Shown: one piece after another, positions 19,850-31,517 of the stretch
Numbering within the stretch: position 1 is the stretch's first letter
Layout of the letters: each line of letters begins with the position of its first letter
DNA from: Trypethelium eluteriae
Lineage: Eukaryota
Direction: 5' to 3'
Length of the DNA: 34,174 nt
NCBI GenBank assembly: GCA_051942245.1
Contig: JAVECL010000235.1
Location: 1-34,174 of the forward strand
Notes under the pieces: model-generated
What the model saw: only the letters and a program-made list of their open reading frames with translations
The model's database searches: none
What the model was told of the DNA's origin: nothing
Position numbers and translations under genes: made by a program

Positions 19850-20894
19850 ATGCGTGGGAGACACTCTCTCTTCATCTCTGGCGTGAGTGGACATGTATCC
19901 AGAAGACAGCACCATTGCTAAGCGATGCCTAGATTCCGAAGGGCTACAATTGGAAAAAGCTCAAGGACCTTGCAAGAGACTCTGGAGCGGATCCACAGTG
20001 GACTGATCTCGAGCCCAGCCAATACGAAAGAGACAAATTGATGGGATACACAAGCTTCAAAGATGGCGTAGCAGCGCAAAGACTGTATGGTAAGATACTT
20101 CAACTGTTCTCTGAATTCAAGTCAGGGCTCTAAGCAATCTAGACCATCTCACAAGCACAAAGCTCACCAGTGCAAATCTTCGAGTCCACTATTGGGATAC
20201 TCCACAGAGTCCAGATTTGGGCACGGCAACGCTATTGAAATGCAACTGTCAAGATCTCGGTAGCGAATGTGTGGTCAACTCGCCCCCAAGGTTCATCGCA
20301 GATACTCACCCTGCGAGACGGTCAAGTCTTCCGCTATCAGGAACGGCATATTCTAGTCGAGTGTCAAATACTGTTACCCCGTCAGATCCACATTTCGCGC
20401 CACAATTGGTACCAGTAGCAAGTCATGTTCCAACGCCATATCTGACTCCGGACTACTACCGTCAGAATCCCGCGATCTTCCATGCAGGTCTTTCATCAGG
20501 CGATGACACTCGCCAGTTCAGAGGATCAGTGCCTCCGACACACCTTCAGGCAAGGGACGGAACGCCCATCAATGTCAGTCGTGGCGCTTATAGGACGGAG
20601 GCACGTTCCATCTTCATCTCCAATTTACCGTACAATCTCGAGAGATCGGAATTGGAAAATCTACTTAGGAGATTTAGTAGGCATGTAAAATGCAATGTCG
20701 GGTCACAGCGGCGACCAGGGACTGCCACTGCAGAATTTGCCACTCGTGAAGAAGCTTGTTCTGCCCGCGACAGTCTCAATGGGACTCAGCTAAAGGGCCG
20801 GCAGCTCACCGTTCGATTTGCCAGAGAGACCACAGTCTCTGGTACAGTTGATGAAGGGGAGCCGATAATTGTGAATGGGTCTGGCCGAAACTAG
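19850..20894 (+). CDS. RNA-binding protein with two RRM-like domains
   Basis: Exons 19850-19882, 19933-20089, 20143-20894 (donors GTGAGT and GTAAGA, TAG acceptors). N-terminus MRGRHSLFISGIPKGYNWKKLKDLARDSG..MGYTSFKDGVAAQRLYDHL. C-terminal RRM RSIFISNLPYNLERSELENLL..GTATAEFATREEA..LNGTQLKGRQLTVRFARE. Confidence 0.8.
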
Positions 20895-22935
20895 CAAAAT
20901 ACACCTCAACATCATGACAAGGGTAACGTCGGAGGTTTTCAGCTTTTCGACTTCTCATCTGGGAGGGTAAAAAATGGGCTCTGGAACTAATTCACATGCG
21001 AGAAAGATCCTCTGACATCCTTCGGTCCCGTGGTTTTGCAATAATTTCGGATCGCCAAAGAGTACTACCATATTAACACCATCTTCAAACTGGAGAGAAT
21101 GTACTCTCTTTCAATTGATAATCTTCTGGACCCAATTTCACATGCTTTTATGCAGAGTGGCATGCGCAAAATTGGGGACTCACCATAGGGATGGAGCAGA
21201 CCTAATCCTTGTCCTTGCTCAATGCAAATGTAAGGTATTATCTGTTGGTGCGCCGGTACCGACGACCTGGTGCCGTTGTTTTGAACTGTCAAATCATGCC
21301 GGTACTCGCTTGTACGACATCTGGCTTTTTACCAAGAACTCGGGAGCAGAGAGCGATCTGCACTCCGACAGACCTTGTGGCGCCTAGGTTTCACCTTCCC
21401 CGCCTCCGGCGCCAGGGATCAATAATTCTCGGGATCGTTGAGCTGCTGGAGGTCTACCGAAGCCCACAGCTCAGATGACCTAGCCAATAAGCAGATATTC
21501 AATAATTACGAAAAAGACAAATAGGCCGAGATCGGTATGCTCATGACTGTCTAGCCCACCCCCGGTTTGTCCTTAGTGTGTACGACGCATTGAATGACGA
21601 AATCAGTAGACTTGGTAGAATGAAGAGTACTTTGAAGTCTATCGTCGTCTGCATACCGCATGTGGATAACCAATACAGGCATCCACAGGCACCCGATTTC
21701 CCCGCTGCACGAGCCTGTCAATGAGAAGGCAGATGCTTTAGCTGCAAGGCATGTGGCAACTATCTGACACAAATCTAGGCAACCATGGGAAAGGATAAAA
21801 TAGAATTTGGTTACTCATCGATCCAATACCGCGGATCCCCATTCAAGGACTGAGAAATAAGCACGCGATGCCATGGACAACTTCATTGTTCGAGAATGCC
21901 TCAACGTGTTTGAGTATACAAAACGGTCACGAATCCTTATGCTAGGTCTCGTCCCATCATTCCGTGCCATAGAACGAAACAGGAGCTTCGATCGAGCACA
22001 GCCACATATACATGAGAACAGAGGGTATTTCATTCTACAGTGCGATTCTACACCAGTGAATTTGGCAACAAACAAGGATTGCCATGTCACTACCAATAAT
22101 GAAGTCGCATTGCATGCTGGTTTTTAGCCTTACCTCTTACGGGGAGTCTGCCTGTTGGTCGTGTTACGTGTATTGTGGTATCGAGCCAGTCTAAACGACA
22201 GTATGCAGTCGTCAGCTTTCAGCCAATGAAGGCGATTAGACTAACGAGCTGTCAAATCTCTGGGTTTGATAGGTACTGGTGGGCTCGGGGTTTTCCACAA
22301 GTGATACCTTTCCGTTCTTATCCAATGGGAGCCATTGGTTTGGGCGTAAATTGTGTGACCATGATGGCCGAAGGTGACAGCATCAAACTACTGAGCGCTT
22401 CGGAGTTGAATCTCTAATTTAGGGTGCCGAACAGTGAAGCGGAATACATTCGAAGGCGTCACAAAATCTTTCCGGTTCTCAGAGATATTATGTTTCCAGG
22501 CAAGAATGAAGACTGCTTTGAAAATCTGCAGCGGGTTCGACCGCAGCCCTCTTGCCTACCATGAACTATTGATCTGCGCCTAAAATGATCGAAAATAATA
22601 TTGCCAAAGGCGTTTGAAGGAGATGTTCTGCATGCAGACTGACCTAGGTCCAGTGAAAGAAACCTGTACGATTATGGACCTGAATTTTGGTAAGGGGTGC
22701 GTGAGTGGTGTCGTTAGTAATTCTCGAAATCTATGTAACAGGTCGTGCCCTAGCATGAGAATGCTAGAATTCAACAACGCACCAAGAAGGTCCCTACCTC
22801 TCCTAGACTGCAAGAATAGGATCCAATCGTGTCAAATTCCCGAAGTAGGGCGTTCGGAATGTTCGTGCTGTTCTTAGTGTTCTGGTGCTCTGGTGCTCCC
22901 GTCATCTTCTCGCGACGCTGCGGTAGAGTAACCTA

Positions 22936-23171
22936 TGACGTAAGCGGGGTCAGGGGAAAATCGCATGTTTCATCGCAGGTCCTGACGACCATCTCGCCTC
23001 CTTTGTGCCTGCATCAAAATCCTTGGTAGCCGACAAAGACTAAGAGCTTAATCTTTGCTTCCCCGCATTTTCGAGCCCTTTACTGTACCTTACGCTTGTC
23101 TTTCTGTTCCTGAAGCCCCTCGTGCGGGGCTTTACCTGCGGAAGTGATATCATGTTGCGCAGAGACTCCGC
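22936..23171 (+). promoter_or_regulatory. GH92 promoter with four SYGGRG (CreA-type) sites and a TGACGTAA element
   Basis: TGACGTAA 22936-22943; GCGGGG 22944-22949; CCCCGC 23061-23066; GCGGGG 23124-23129; CTCCGC 23166-23171. Confidence 0.5.
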
Positions 23172-23351
23172 CGTACCCGGCAGGAATTTGCCTTGGAGGA
23201 GAGGTGCTAGCAGCTATGGACGAAAAATGACATCCAAGCGATCAGATTCCTCCCATTTCCCTGCTTCTCTTCCTTCTCTTGCCTCTGGTCTCACGTTGTG
23301 GCAGCATACATGCGCCTGTGACTCTCCGGCACATTTGTCCAAGGAGAAGCC

Positions 23352-25850
23352 ATGGCTCCACCAAGGAGGATCCTGTCCTTTCTGCTATTTGTCCCTCATG
23401 TCATGACCCAGACAGATTATGCACAGTATGTCAATCCTTTCATGGGATCGGAAGGTCCATACCCAGGCCTAGCCTTTGGAGGCGGTGATATCTTCGTTGG
23501 AGGAGCTGTCCCATTTGGCGTTGCCAAAGTGGGCATTGATACTTATGAACCAAATGTATCATACTCCACTCTAAATGGAGGTTACACACCACAAGGACTA
23601 GTCACAGCCTTTAGCATGATGCATGAATCCGGGACGGGAGGAGCGCCCAAGTATGGTATTATTCCACAGATGCCTCTCACAAATGTTGCACCACCAGTGA
23701 ACCTTTTGGATAACCAAACTTACTGGCAATCTCGCGTTGGAAACGATACCGCAACCGTAGGATACTACAGGACGCAACTTGAGAATGGTGTCGTTGCCGA
23801 GCTCGCCGGTGCTCGACACTCCGGCATCATGCAATATTCTTTTCCAGCAGGCGAACAACATGTTTTAGTCGACATCTCTCACTACCTCCCTCAAGAGACA
23901 GGCGGATACAGTAGTCAAATTTTCGTCGGCGGCGCAATCGACATCAAGACCAATAGTAGCGTATATACCGGTTACGGAACGTACGCGCTTGGTTGGAATG
24001 AGGGTGCACCTTTCACAGTCTATTTCTGCGGCGAATTTGATCATACGCCGTCTCAAGCACAAACCTTCCGTGGTCGCAATACTGATCCAATGCAACGTTA
24101 TCATACACTGGCCAGCGGAGGGATACCTCAGGCTATGCTGGGCAACACCAGCGAATATTCCGGCCCATTAAGCGACCGGATTGGAGCGCTCTTTTCTTGG
24201 AATAACTCAACCTCTTCGCAAATTAAGTCGAGAGTCGGAATATCATTCATTTCGGAGCAAAAAGCGTGCGGCTTCAAGAACGACGAAATACCCTCGTGGG
24301 ACGTCAATGCTACAGCTGCCGCATCGAGGGCGGAGTGGAATGATGATGTGTTCAGCAAGATTCAGGTTCCCACTGACTCGTCTGTCAATGTCACAAACTT
24401 GAACCTCCTCTACTCGTCCCTTTACTTTATGCATCTAATGCCTTCGAATCGCAGTGGAGAAAACCCACTCTGGAATTCCGAGGAGCCTTCCTGGGATGAT
24501 TTCTACACTCTCTGGGATATCTTTCGAAACACCGTCAGCCTTTACCATCTAATCCAGCCAACCGCTTATGAGGGCATGATAAGATCTCTGATCGACATCT
24601 GGAGGTATGAAGGGTATATGCCTGACGGGCGCTCCGGAAACTACAATGGCCTAGTCCAGGGCGGGAGCAATGCAGATAATGTTCTCGCAGATGCGTACGT
24701 CAAAGGGTTAAAGGGGGGCATCAATTGGACTGATGGCTATGCTGCCATGGTAAAAGACGCCGAGGTTCAACCATATAACACTTTCAGTTACGTCGACTCT
24801 ACCGCTAGCGTTAAAGAAGGGAGAGGTGCACTCTATGATTGGATTCCACTGAGTTACGTATCTTCTGACCGCAGTACTCGTTACGTATCCCGTACGGTAG
24901 AATACTCTCTCAATGATTTTGCCCTCAGCCAGGTTGCTAGAGGCGAAGCTCCTGGAGATGTCCAAAAGTATTTGAATCGTTCTGCCAATTGGCAGAACAT
25001 CTGGAACCACAATGTGAAGAGTGTTAATACCACTCCGATTTTCACCGGATTCTTGGCTCCTCGGATATCCAATGGGACCTGGAATATCACTGATTACAAT
25101 CCTGCCCTTTGTGGCGAGTGTGAGGACACAGCAATTTCTTACGAAGCCACACCCTTCGAGTATTCGTTTGTAATTCCACACGATACTCAGACTTTGATAC
25201 AGTTCATGGGTGGGCTAGCGACCTTTGAATCTCGACTCGACTACATCGTAAGCGTTAGCACTGCCCCATAGTCACCACAGACTGACCCTTTCTCGTAGTT
25301 TCAACCTGGTACGAGTCAACAAGATCTAGGCGCCAACGGAGCTGGAATCACGACCATCATGAACATAGGCAACGAGCCTGACTTTGCTTTGCCTTATCTG
25401 TACAATTACATATCGAAACAATATAAGTCGGTCCAGCAATCGCGTGCTCTCGCCAACGAATTTTTCCATGACGCCAACTATGGCGTCCCGGGAAACAGCG
25501 ATGCTGGAGCTTTGAATTCCTGGCTCATCTGGCAAATGCTCGGTCTTTACCCAATCGTCACGCAACCTATTTACTTGCTCGGATCGCCGTGGTTCTCCGA
25601 TATTAATATGACAGTCAATAATAACCGAACTCTGAGGATCACAGCCAACAACCTTGATAATACTAACAGTTACTATGTCCAGTCCGTCAAGATAAATGGC
25701 CAACCCTGGAGTCGCACCTGGTTTGAACATACGGATGTTATGGTTGAGGGTGGGACGATAGACTTTGAGTTGGGAAGTAACGCGAGCATGTGGGAGACTG
25801 GCCCCGTGCCACCTAGTCCAGGACACCTCGTACTGAATAACACTAGTTGA
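23352..25850 (+). CDS. Secreted GH92 alpha-1,2-mannosidase family protein
   Basis: Exons 23352-25247 and 25299-25850 (intron GTAAGC..CTGAC..TAG). Signal peptide; YVNPFMG, GAVPFG, HESGTGGAPKYG, DDFYTLWDIFR, QGGSNAD, SRTVEYSLND, SYEA, IGNEP, PGNSDAGAL motifs. Confidence 0.93.
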
Positions 25851-27641
25851 GTGCGCTTGGCGTCCGTTCTAGGAGTAGTAAAAGAGGAAAAAGATGTTGA
25901 GAGTTGTGTCACAAGAGGCGTCCGAAGTTCTTACCATACGCGATTAGGATAGCTGTTCCTTGTGGACACACTAGAACCACCAGAAATTCGCGGTATTGAG
26001 ATTGCTATCTGTAGAACGAATCTCCGCGGCCATGACCTTCTCCGAATCCGTTGTCGATCTGCTCTTGACAGGCTTGCAAGTTTTAAGCAAAACGTCACTA
26101 TCGTTTTGAGCGGACAGGCTATACGAGTGTTCAATTAAGTTGATGAGAGTAAGATCATTAGTTGTTAGGAAGGTAGGATAGTCGTCGGCTCGGCGTTCTA
26201 ACTTGCGAGAGCTCCTCATCCTCCCTTCCCTCAAAATAGACCGCCAGTCTTCTTGAAATAAGAAATAGAAGGCTTTAAGGATTCGAAGCTGCTTTTAGAG
26301 TACAGTGTTCGTGGAAATCAGTCAGCACATTAATTTTCAAGCTAAAGATACACGGCACAACGCTCCCCGTTATATCAACGGAAGGTACGAAAAGAAAGGC
26401 ACTTTTCTACGCAACTGAATCTTCCTGGGGCTTGCTTCATATCAGTTGTCCGAAGGCGAAGAAGGTTCCGTGGTTGTGTAAGAAGTCGCCTTGCTCGTCA
26501 AAAGACGCCTTGTGAGTTTGTTTCTGTTCTGCCAAATATAGCCCAGCAAAACAGGTCAAAGTCCTAATTCCCCAATCTCTCCATGCTTCTCTAGCTCATG
26601 GAATAAATTATCATCTCCTTCAACCATGTCCCTCTGCGACTGCCCTGTCTTGAGTTATAGGGTCGCAACTTCGCAAGAGCTCACGCTTGCCTAACGCTCA
26701 GACGATGAAAGGAAACCTCGGCGTAGCGAGTGGCTAAAATTTTAGTCATACAGCCGATGACAGTCATGCTCGGTCAGTCGGCAAGCTGTGGCTTGAACCT
26801 TCGAGGCAATATCCAATGGCAAGGTGCTTATTTAGCAGTCCTGAAACGGTCAGGGTCTGAAGGGTATCCAACAAACATCGTTGCTCAGAGGGTGTCAATT
26901 GCCACCGTATCTTCAGCACTCATTAGTTGTTTAACTCCGCTAGACTGCGTGGTGATCTTCGTCTGCCATCCGCTCCAGCAACAGAGCCGTTCCAACTTTT
27001 CGTAAAGCATCATGTCTGCACAGAGGTACTTCTTCCAAATCTTCGGGTTACGGCACACGGATCTCCTCAGCCAGGAATTTGGAGGTACTCCGACTGGCGA
27101 TCATTCGGTGCCGATATGTCACAGCTCGTTGCATATCCGTTTTGACTTACACCTCCGAGAGAGGGGGTAGAACGGGTGCTCGAGCTAGACATACATGGTT
27201 GGCGCTGCTTCCATCGGATTAACGGCAAACCGGCTAGCCTTAGTTCCCGTTACTGCGCCATCTGCTGCGTATCTGGGGCTGAGCCTTGCATGGTCTCCGC
27301 CTAAAGCCTGGTGCAATCTTACCCAATGCCCTGTTCTACCAAACATCTGCAAGAAATCTTCACTTGGGCCCTGATTATGCATACGGTTTGCAGTCTAGAC
27401 TAACCGTCCGAACTTTCAAAAATCAAATGTCGACCCTGGGGTCCGGCCAACAAGTTTACAAACCGACAGGCACCCAGGAAGCGGACATGATCAACATGAG
27501 TACCTTTCTAGTCTGATCAAATGCTCCGTTTGCCAAGATCTTCTTCTTCCCATTTAGTGCACTTTGTTGAACCTGAGAGTCGCCGGTACATCCTTATGAA
27601 AGGAATCCTTCCCTGCGAGAAGGGCTTCACCTTCTTAGATC

Positions 27642-29533
27642 ATGCCTGAATCTTCTACTTCTCCATCACCAATATCATCGTCTGTACCTGCCAAGAGAGC
27701 ATGTGATGCTTGCCATCGTCGCAAGATCAAATGTATTGTGGAAAGTTCGATACTGTGCAAGAACTGTGCTGCAGCTGGGCTGCGATGTACTTACAATGCT
27801 GTACCCCAAAAAAAAGGTCCTAAAGGAAGCCGAGCCAAAGTAATATCTGAGTTGCGAGAAACTCAGCAGCGACAACCACGACGAGACAGCCATGGCTACG
27901 TTGGACCATCTTCTCCTCCGCCATACGAGCGAACTGCTGGCCTATTATCCTTGGACGTCGTCTCCGCCTGTGTCGACTTTTTCTTTTTCCATATCTATCC
28001 TACACAGCCGACTCTACATCGACAGCGCGTTCATGAGGCAGTCTTAGCGCTAGATCAATCGGATGAGGCCTACTGTTCTATCGGTGCCCTATGTGCATAC
28101 GTACTGATACATTCGAATATGCCTCTTCCCGGAGCTACGAGAAGAGGCTCTGGTCATCCACACAATGCTGTTACCAGTCTAGGGACAGAAATTCTCGAGG
28201 AAGTGAGCAGAATACGCAAGAGCTTGAATTATATGGAGACGCCTAATCTATGGACTGTTATGACCTCTTTCTTCTTATTTGGCTGCTATTTCAGCCTTGA
28301 CCAACACAATATGGCATGGTTTCACCTCAGAGAAGCAACTACTCTAGCGATTACGATGGGGATGGATCGTGAAGAGACTTATACTGGTGGGAATTTGAGG
28401 GATGTTACTCGAAGACGTCGCTTATTCTGGTTGCTTTTCATAACCGAAAGGTACATTTTTTTTCCATTTTCTTTTTTTTAATCCTTGGGGAAAACTCACT
28501 AAAAGCTGTGTTAATTAGGACTTATGCGCTCCAACGTCATCGACCGGTGACACTTCATGCCAGCATCCAATTTCCAACTGTAGACGAGGATCCTCAGGAA
28601 GTGGTCGAGCTTACGGGATTCTGCCACCTGATAAGTCTTTTCAAGCCGTTCGACCACACATTCATTAGCTTGTGGAACAAGACACCGCAAGGGTGTACGA
28701 GCACGTGGATGGCCCACCTCCAAACAAAACTTACGAAAGCACTTCCGATATACCTTCACAGCACAGAGACTCAAGCAGTTCATCTGCATACTTCTCAACA
28801 GTGGTTGCGCACGGTAGTCTGGCAGCTTTCGATCAGTCAGGGCTTTCTTTCATCCACTGCCGTAGAAAATGCCATGAGCTTCAAATACCCGATTGAGATC
28901 GCGCGCGACATGATGGCAGCCACGCGTCAGTTCTCACAACAGGCTATGGAGATCCACGGAGTTGACTTGGTATTTATACTGAAAACTCCTAATTCCGTTC
29001 TACCTGAAGCTAATCGTTTTGTATAGGTGGAGAAGATTTTTGACATTGCGTGTGCTCTGACAGATGTTATGGCAATACTTCCAATGTACCCCGAGGACCT
29101 GGAGCTTCGGCCACGGGAGTATCTCAGTCAATTAGTTTCACTCTTGTCCCGTTTGCGCGGTGGTCAACAGCGATTCCTTCCTCTTCTTCTTTCCAAGATC
29201 AACGACACCATTCCCAACCTGGCTTCATCTATCAATTTTTCAATATCTTCGATGTCGTCAGGCACCAGACCAGATGACCAACATGCAGACTCTCGCTCTA
29301 GCTCTTCCTCCCACAGCGCAACCTCGTCTTCGTTCAGTAGCCCCCCTGCCTCTACACCACGCGCAGCTTACAGCGATATGGCGGCTGGTACCCGTGAGAA
29401 CTCACTGGATGCATTCTTACCTTCTGAGGTGAGATTCGGCGAAAATTCGACTGCGCCAGCACAAATTTCGAAACAGCTATTCGAGTATGATTCTAATAAT
29501 CTGGTATTTCCTAGGCCATCGGAATTTTCCTAG
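27642..29533 (+). CDS. Zn(II)2Cys6 transcription factor, AmyR/MalR/COL-26(ART1/BglR)-like
   Basis: Exons 27642-28450, 28519-28969, 29027-29533. KRACDACHRRKIKC-x7-CKNC-x6-CTYNAVPQKKGPKGSRAKVISELRE; fungal TF middle region AWFHLREATTLA..RRRRLFWLLFITERTYALQRH..TSQQWLRTVVWQL..MEIHG..EKIFDIAC. The subfamily call is from recalled similarity. Confidence 0.88.
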
Positions 29534-31517
29534 AAGACCGTCGTCCATTTGCATACCCAAGCCGGATAGAGACCGTGGATTGGAGCTTCAGGGCAGTCAA
29601 GGCTATCTACGACTGAACCCCAAAATCACCCAAGAATTACACAAAATGTGCTCCGCACCATCGAAACGCTCAACAAGCGCACGGAATCTGCATGAAGTCC
29701 CTGCCTTCGGATCTCAAGACGGCCTTCTTCGGCTTGGTTACCAGACACAGGGTCTCCGTGATCGGGAATATCTCTGCTCAGATGTTACGGCCGAGGGACT
29801 TTCCGATAGAGCCGCAAATTTATTTTGATGCCTAGGGGCATCTAACAGATCCATCGGCTTACCAATATAGGTATAGGCTAAGCACATATCGATATGTCAT
29901 TGCTTCCCAGTACCATGGCCGGATAGCGAGGGAGAGGCGCAAAGCAATTTTAACGGTTCCAAACGTTCTAGTCTAATAGCCTTGCGTATGATTCGTTGAT
30001 AAAGTTTTGGTCCACTCGCTGGTCTTCCTGGAAGTTCCCGCTCCGTCACGTTGATCGTACGACTGGATTTATGAAACCTGCTAGATGATGGGCTCTTGAC
30101 CCGTTGTGAATGATTCAAGTCTTCGGGAATGAGTGAAGAGTTCTTTGTCAATAACACAATATGAAATACGACGAAGAGGATCCAGTAGATAGTTGTTGAT
30201 AGAAGTCGAGACTTGAGAACTAATGAGTTCATCAACATCAATCTACTCGACACTAGACTCGTTTCCAGACATGGATTTTCTTTTTGCTAGACACTTCATG
30301 CATTGTGAAAGCCGTTTTGCTCGCATTGTCGCCAAGTCTAATTCTTGTGGCTGCCTGACAGGGTTCATGGAAGGTGCCTTCGTATGCAAGGGCTGATCCA
30401 GAGGAACGATCCGTATCCAGAGAGAGCTCTTAGTTACTTACTAGGGTACCAGGTACGAGGAATCTCAAATTCATCGCAAGTCTCACGCCTCAGCCTAAAA
30501 CATACAGAATAATTAAGCCATGTTTGCCACACGACATACCTTGAAAAAGCCAGCATGTGGGACTGAAGATTTTTTGTAAAGCATGACTGTTCCATGGGTG
30601 AGACTGAGATACAAATCCATATGATGGGGCGAGCTGCAGATGATCGAACCAGCCGAATCCTACTGGACATTACAACGCACTTTCTTGTAGCTCGCAATAC
30701 CTTCTCCTCTGGTCTAGAGGCATCGGTAGCACTTTCATTTTTAACGTCGCGTACGGGAATCCCCATCCACCCGTCACTCGCCCTACTCTCTCCATCCTGG
30801 ACGAACTCCTCTCTCCCCGGCGAACCGCTGAAGTCTAAAAGTCTCCTATCTCCGATCATGTCGAATCCTGCGTGACGGATAGCGATAGCAATCACTGCCG
30901 TGCACCCGCCATTGACATGTATCCATGGTACTGTTCAACGCCGTCAGTATAGCGTTTATGGCCGAAATAAGCTCAAGAATGATCGACAAGCAAGCCGTGC
31001 ACTGGAAGAGGACCATGCCGGTCAGGCGCGGTTAGTAAGTCGCGTCTAGACTAGGATGACGGATTAGATTCCGCGAGCCCCGTCGGAAAAGGTTCCGATT
31101 GGGATGACGAAATGGGCCTTAGCACTGGTGCTCGGATATTATTGAGGGATAGTCAGCAAGCAATGGGCCTATCATAGATCAACGTGTTTGATAGATTTCT
31201 TGAGCCTTGGTGATCACGGTTGGCGAGAAGACGGACGGAACGCATCGCCAAGGCTGGACGGTTCGTGGCTTTGGTTTTGGGAATGGGAGGAGTGCTCGAT
31301 GGGAGCGACTAAGGTTCTTCGAACCGAACTCTCTTCATCCAGAGCAACAGCCGTCTATTTGATCCGTGTAGCACATCCTACTGTGACTTCCAATCCACGA
31401 TGGGGTCTCGACCTTGAGCAAAGTGTAACCCTAACATGGCATGACACGAGCAACCTCGCGAATCTCCTCGCATACCACGCCTTTAGCCACAATCTCCGTA
31501 CCTGACCCACTGTGCTG

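Noticed and set aside
20892..20990. Possible stop-codon readthrough (TAG CAA AAT) of the RRM gene
   Set aside because: Only partly matches the CARYYA readthrough context, and the extension ends without a targeting signal. No TGA-CTA cryptic PTS1 context was seen at the other stops I checked.
20990..22500. Scattered 75-95 aa ORFs on both strands as a transposon relic or gene
   Set aside because: No transposase, RT or integrase motifs, no terminal repeats, no obvious AT-rich RIP signature, and no consistent exon chain.
25931..27145. Short ORFs between GH92 and the TF
   Set aside because: Non-ATG starts and no motifs; consistent with terminator and promoter sequence.
27215..27239. CGG-N5-CGG-N4-CCG plus GGCTAGCC upstream of the TF as a CLR-1 or AmyR site
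   Set aside because: The spacing matches neither CGG-N5-CGG-N-CCG nor CGG-N8-(C/A)GG, so it cannot be supported.
6385..29533. Secondary-metabolite or unified carbohydrate gene cluster (oxygenase, SDR, GST, GH5, GT34, GH92, TF)
   Set aside because: No backbone synthase (PKS, NRPS, terpene synthase) or transporter; the predicted compartments differ and housekeeping-type genes are interspersed.
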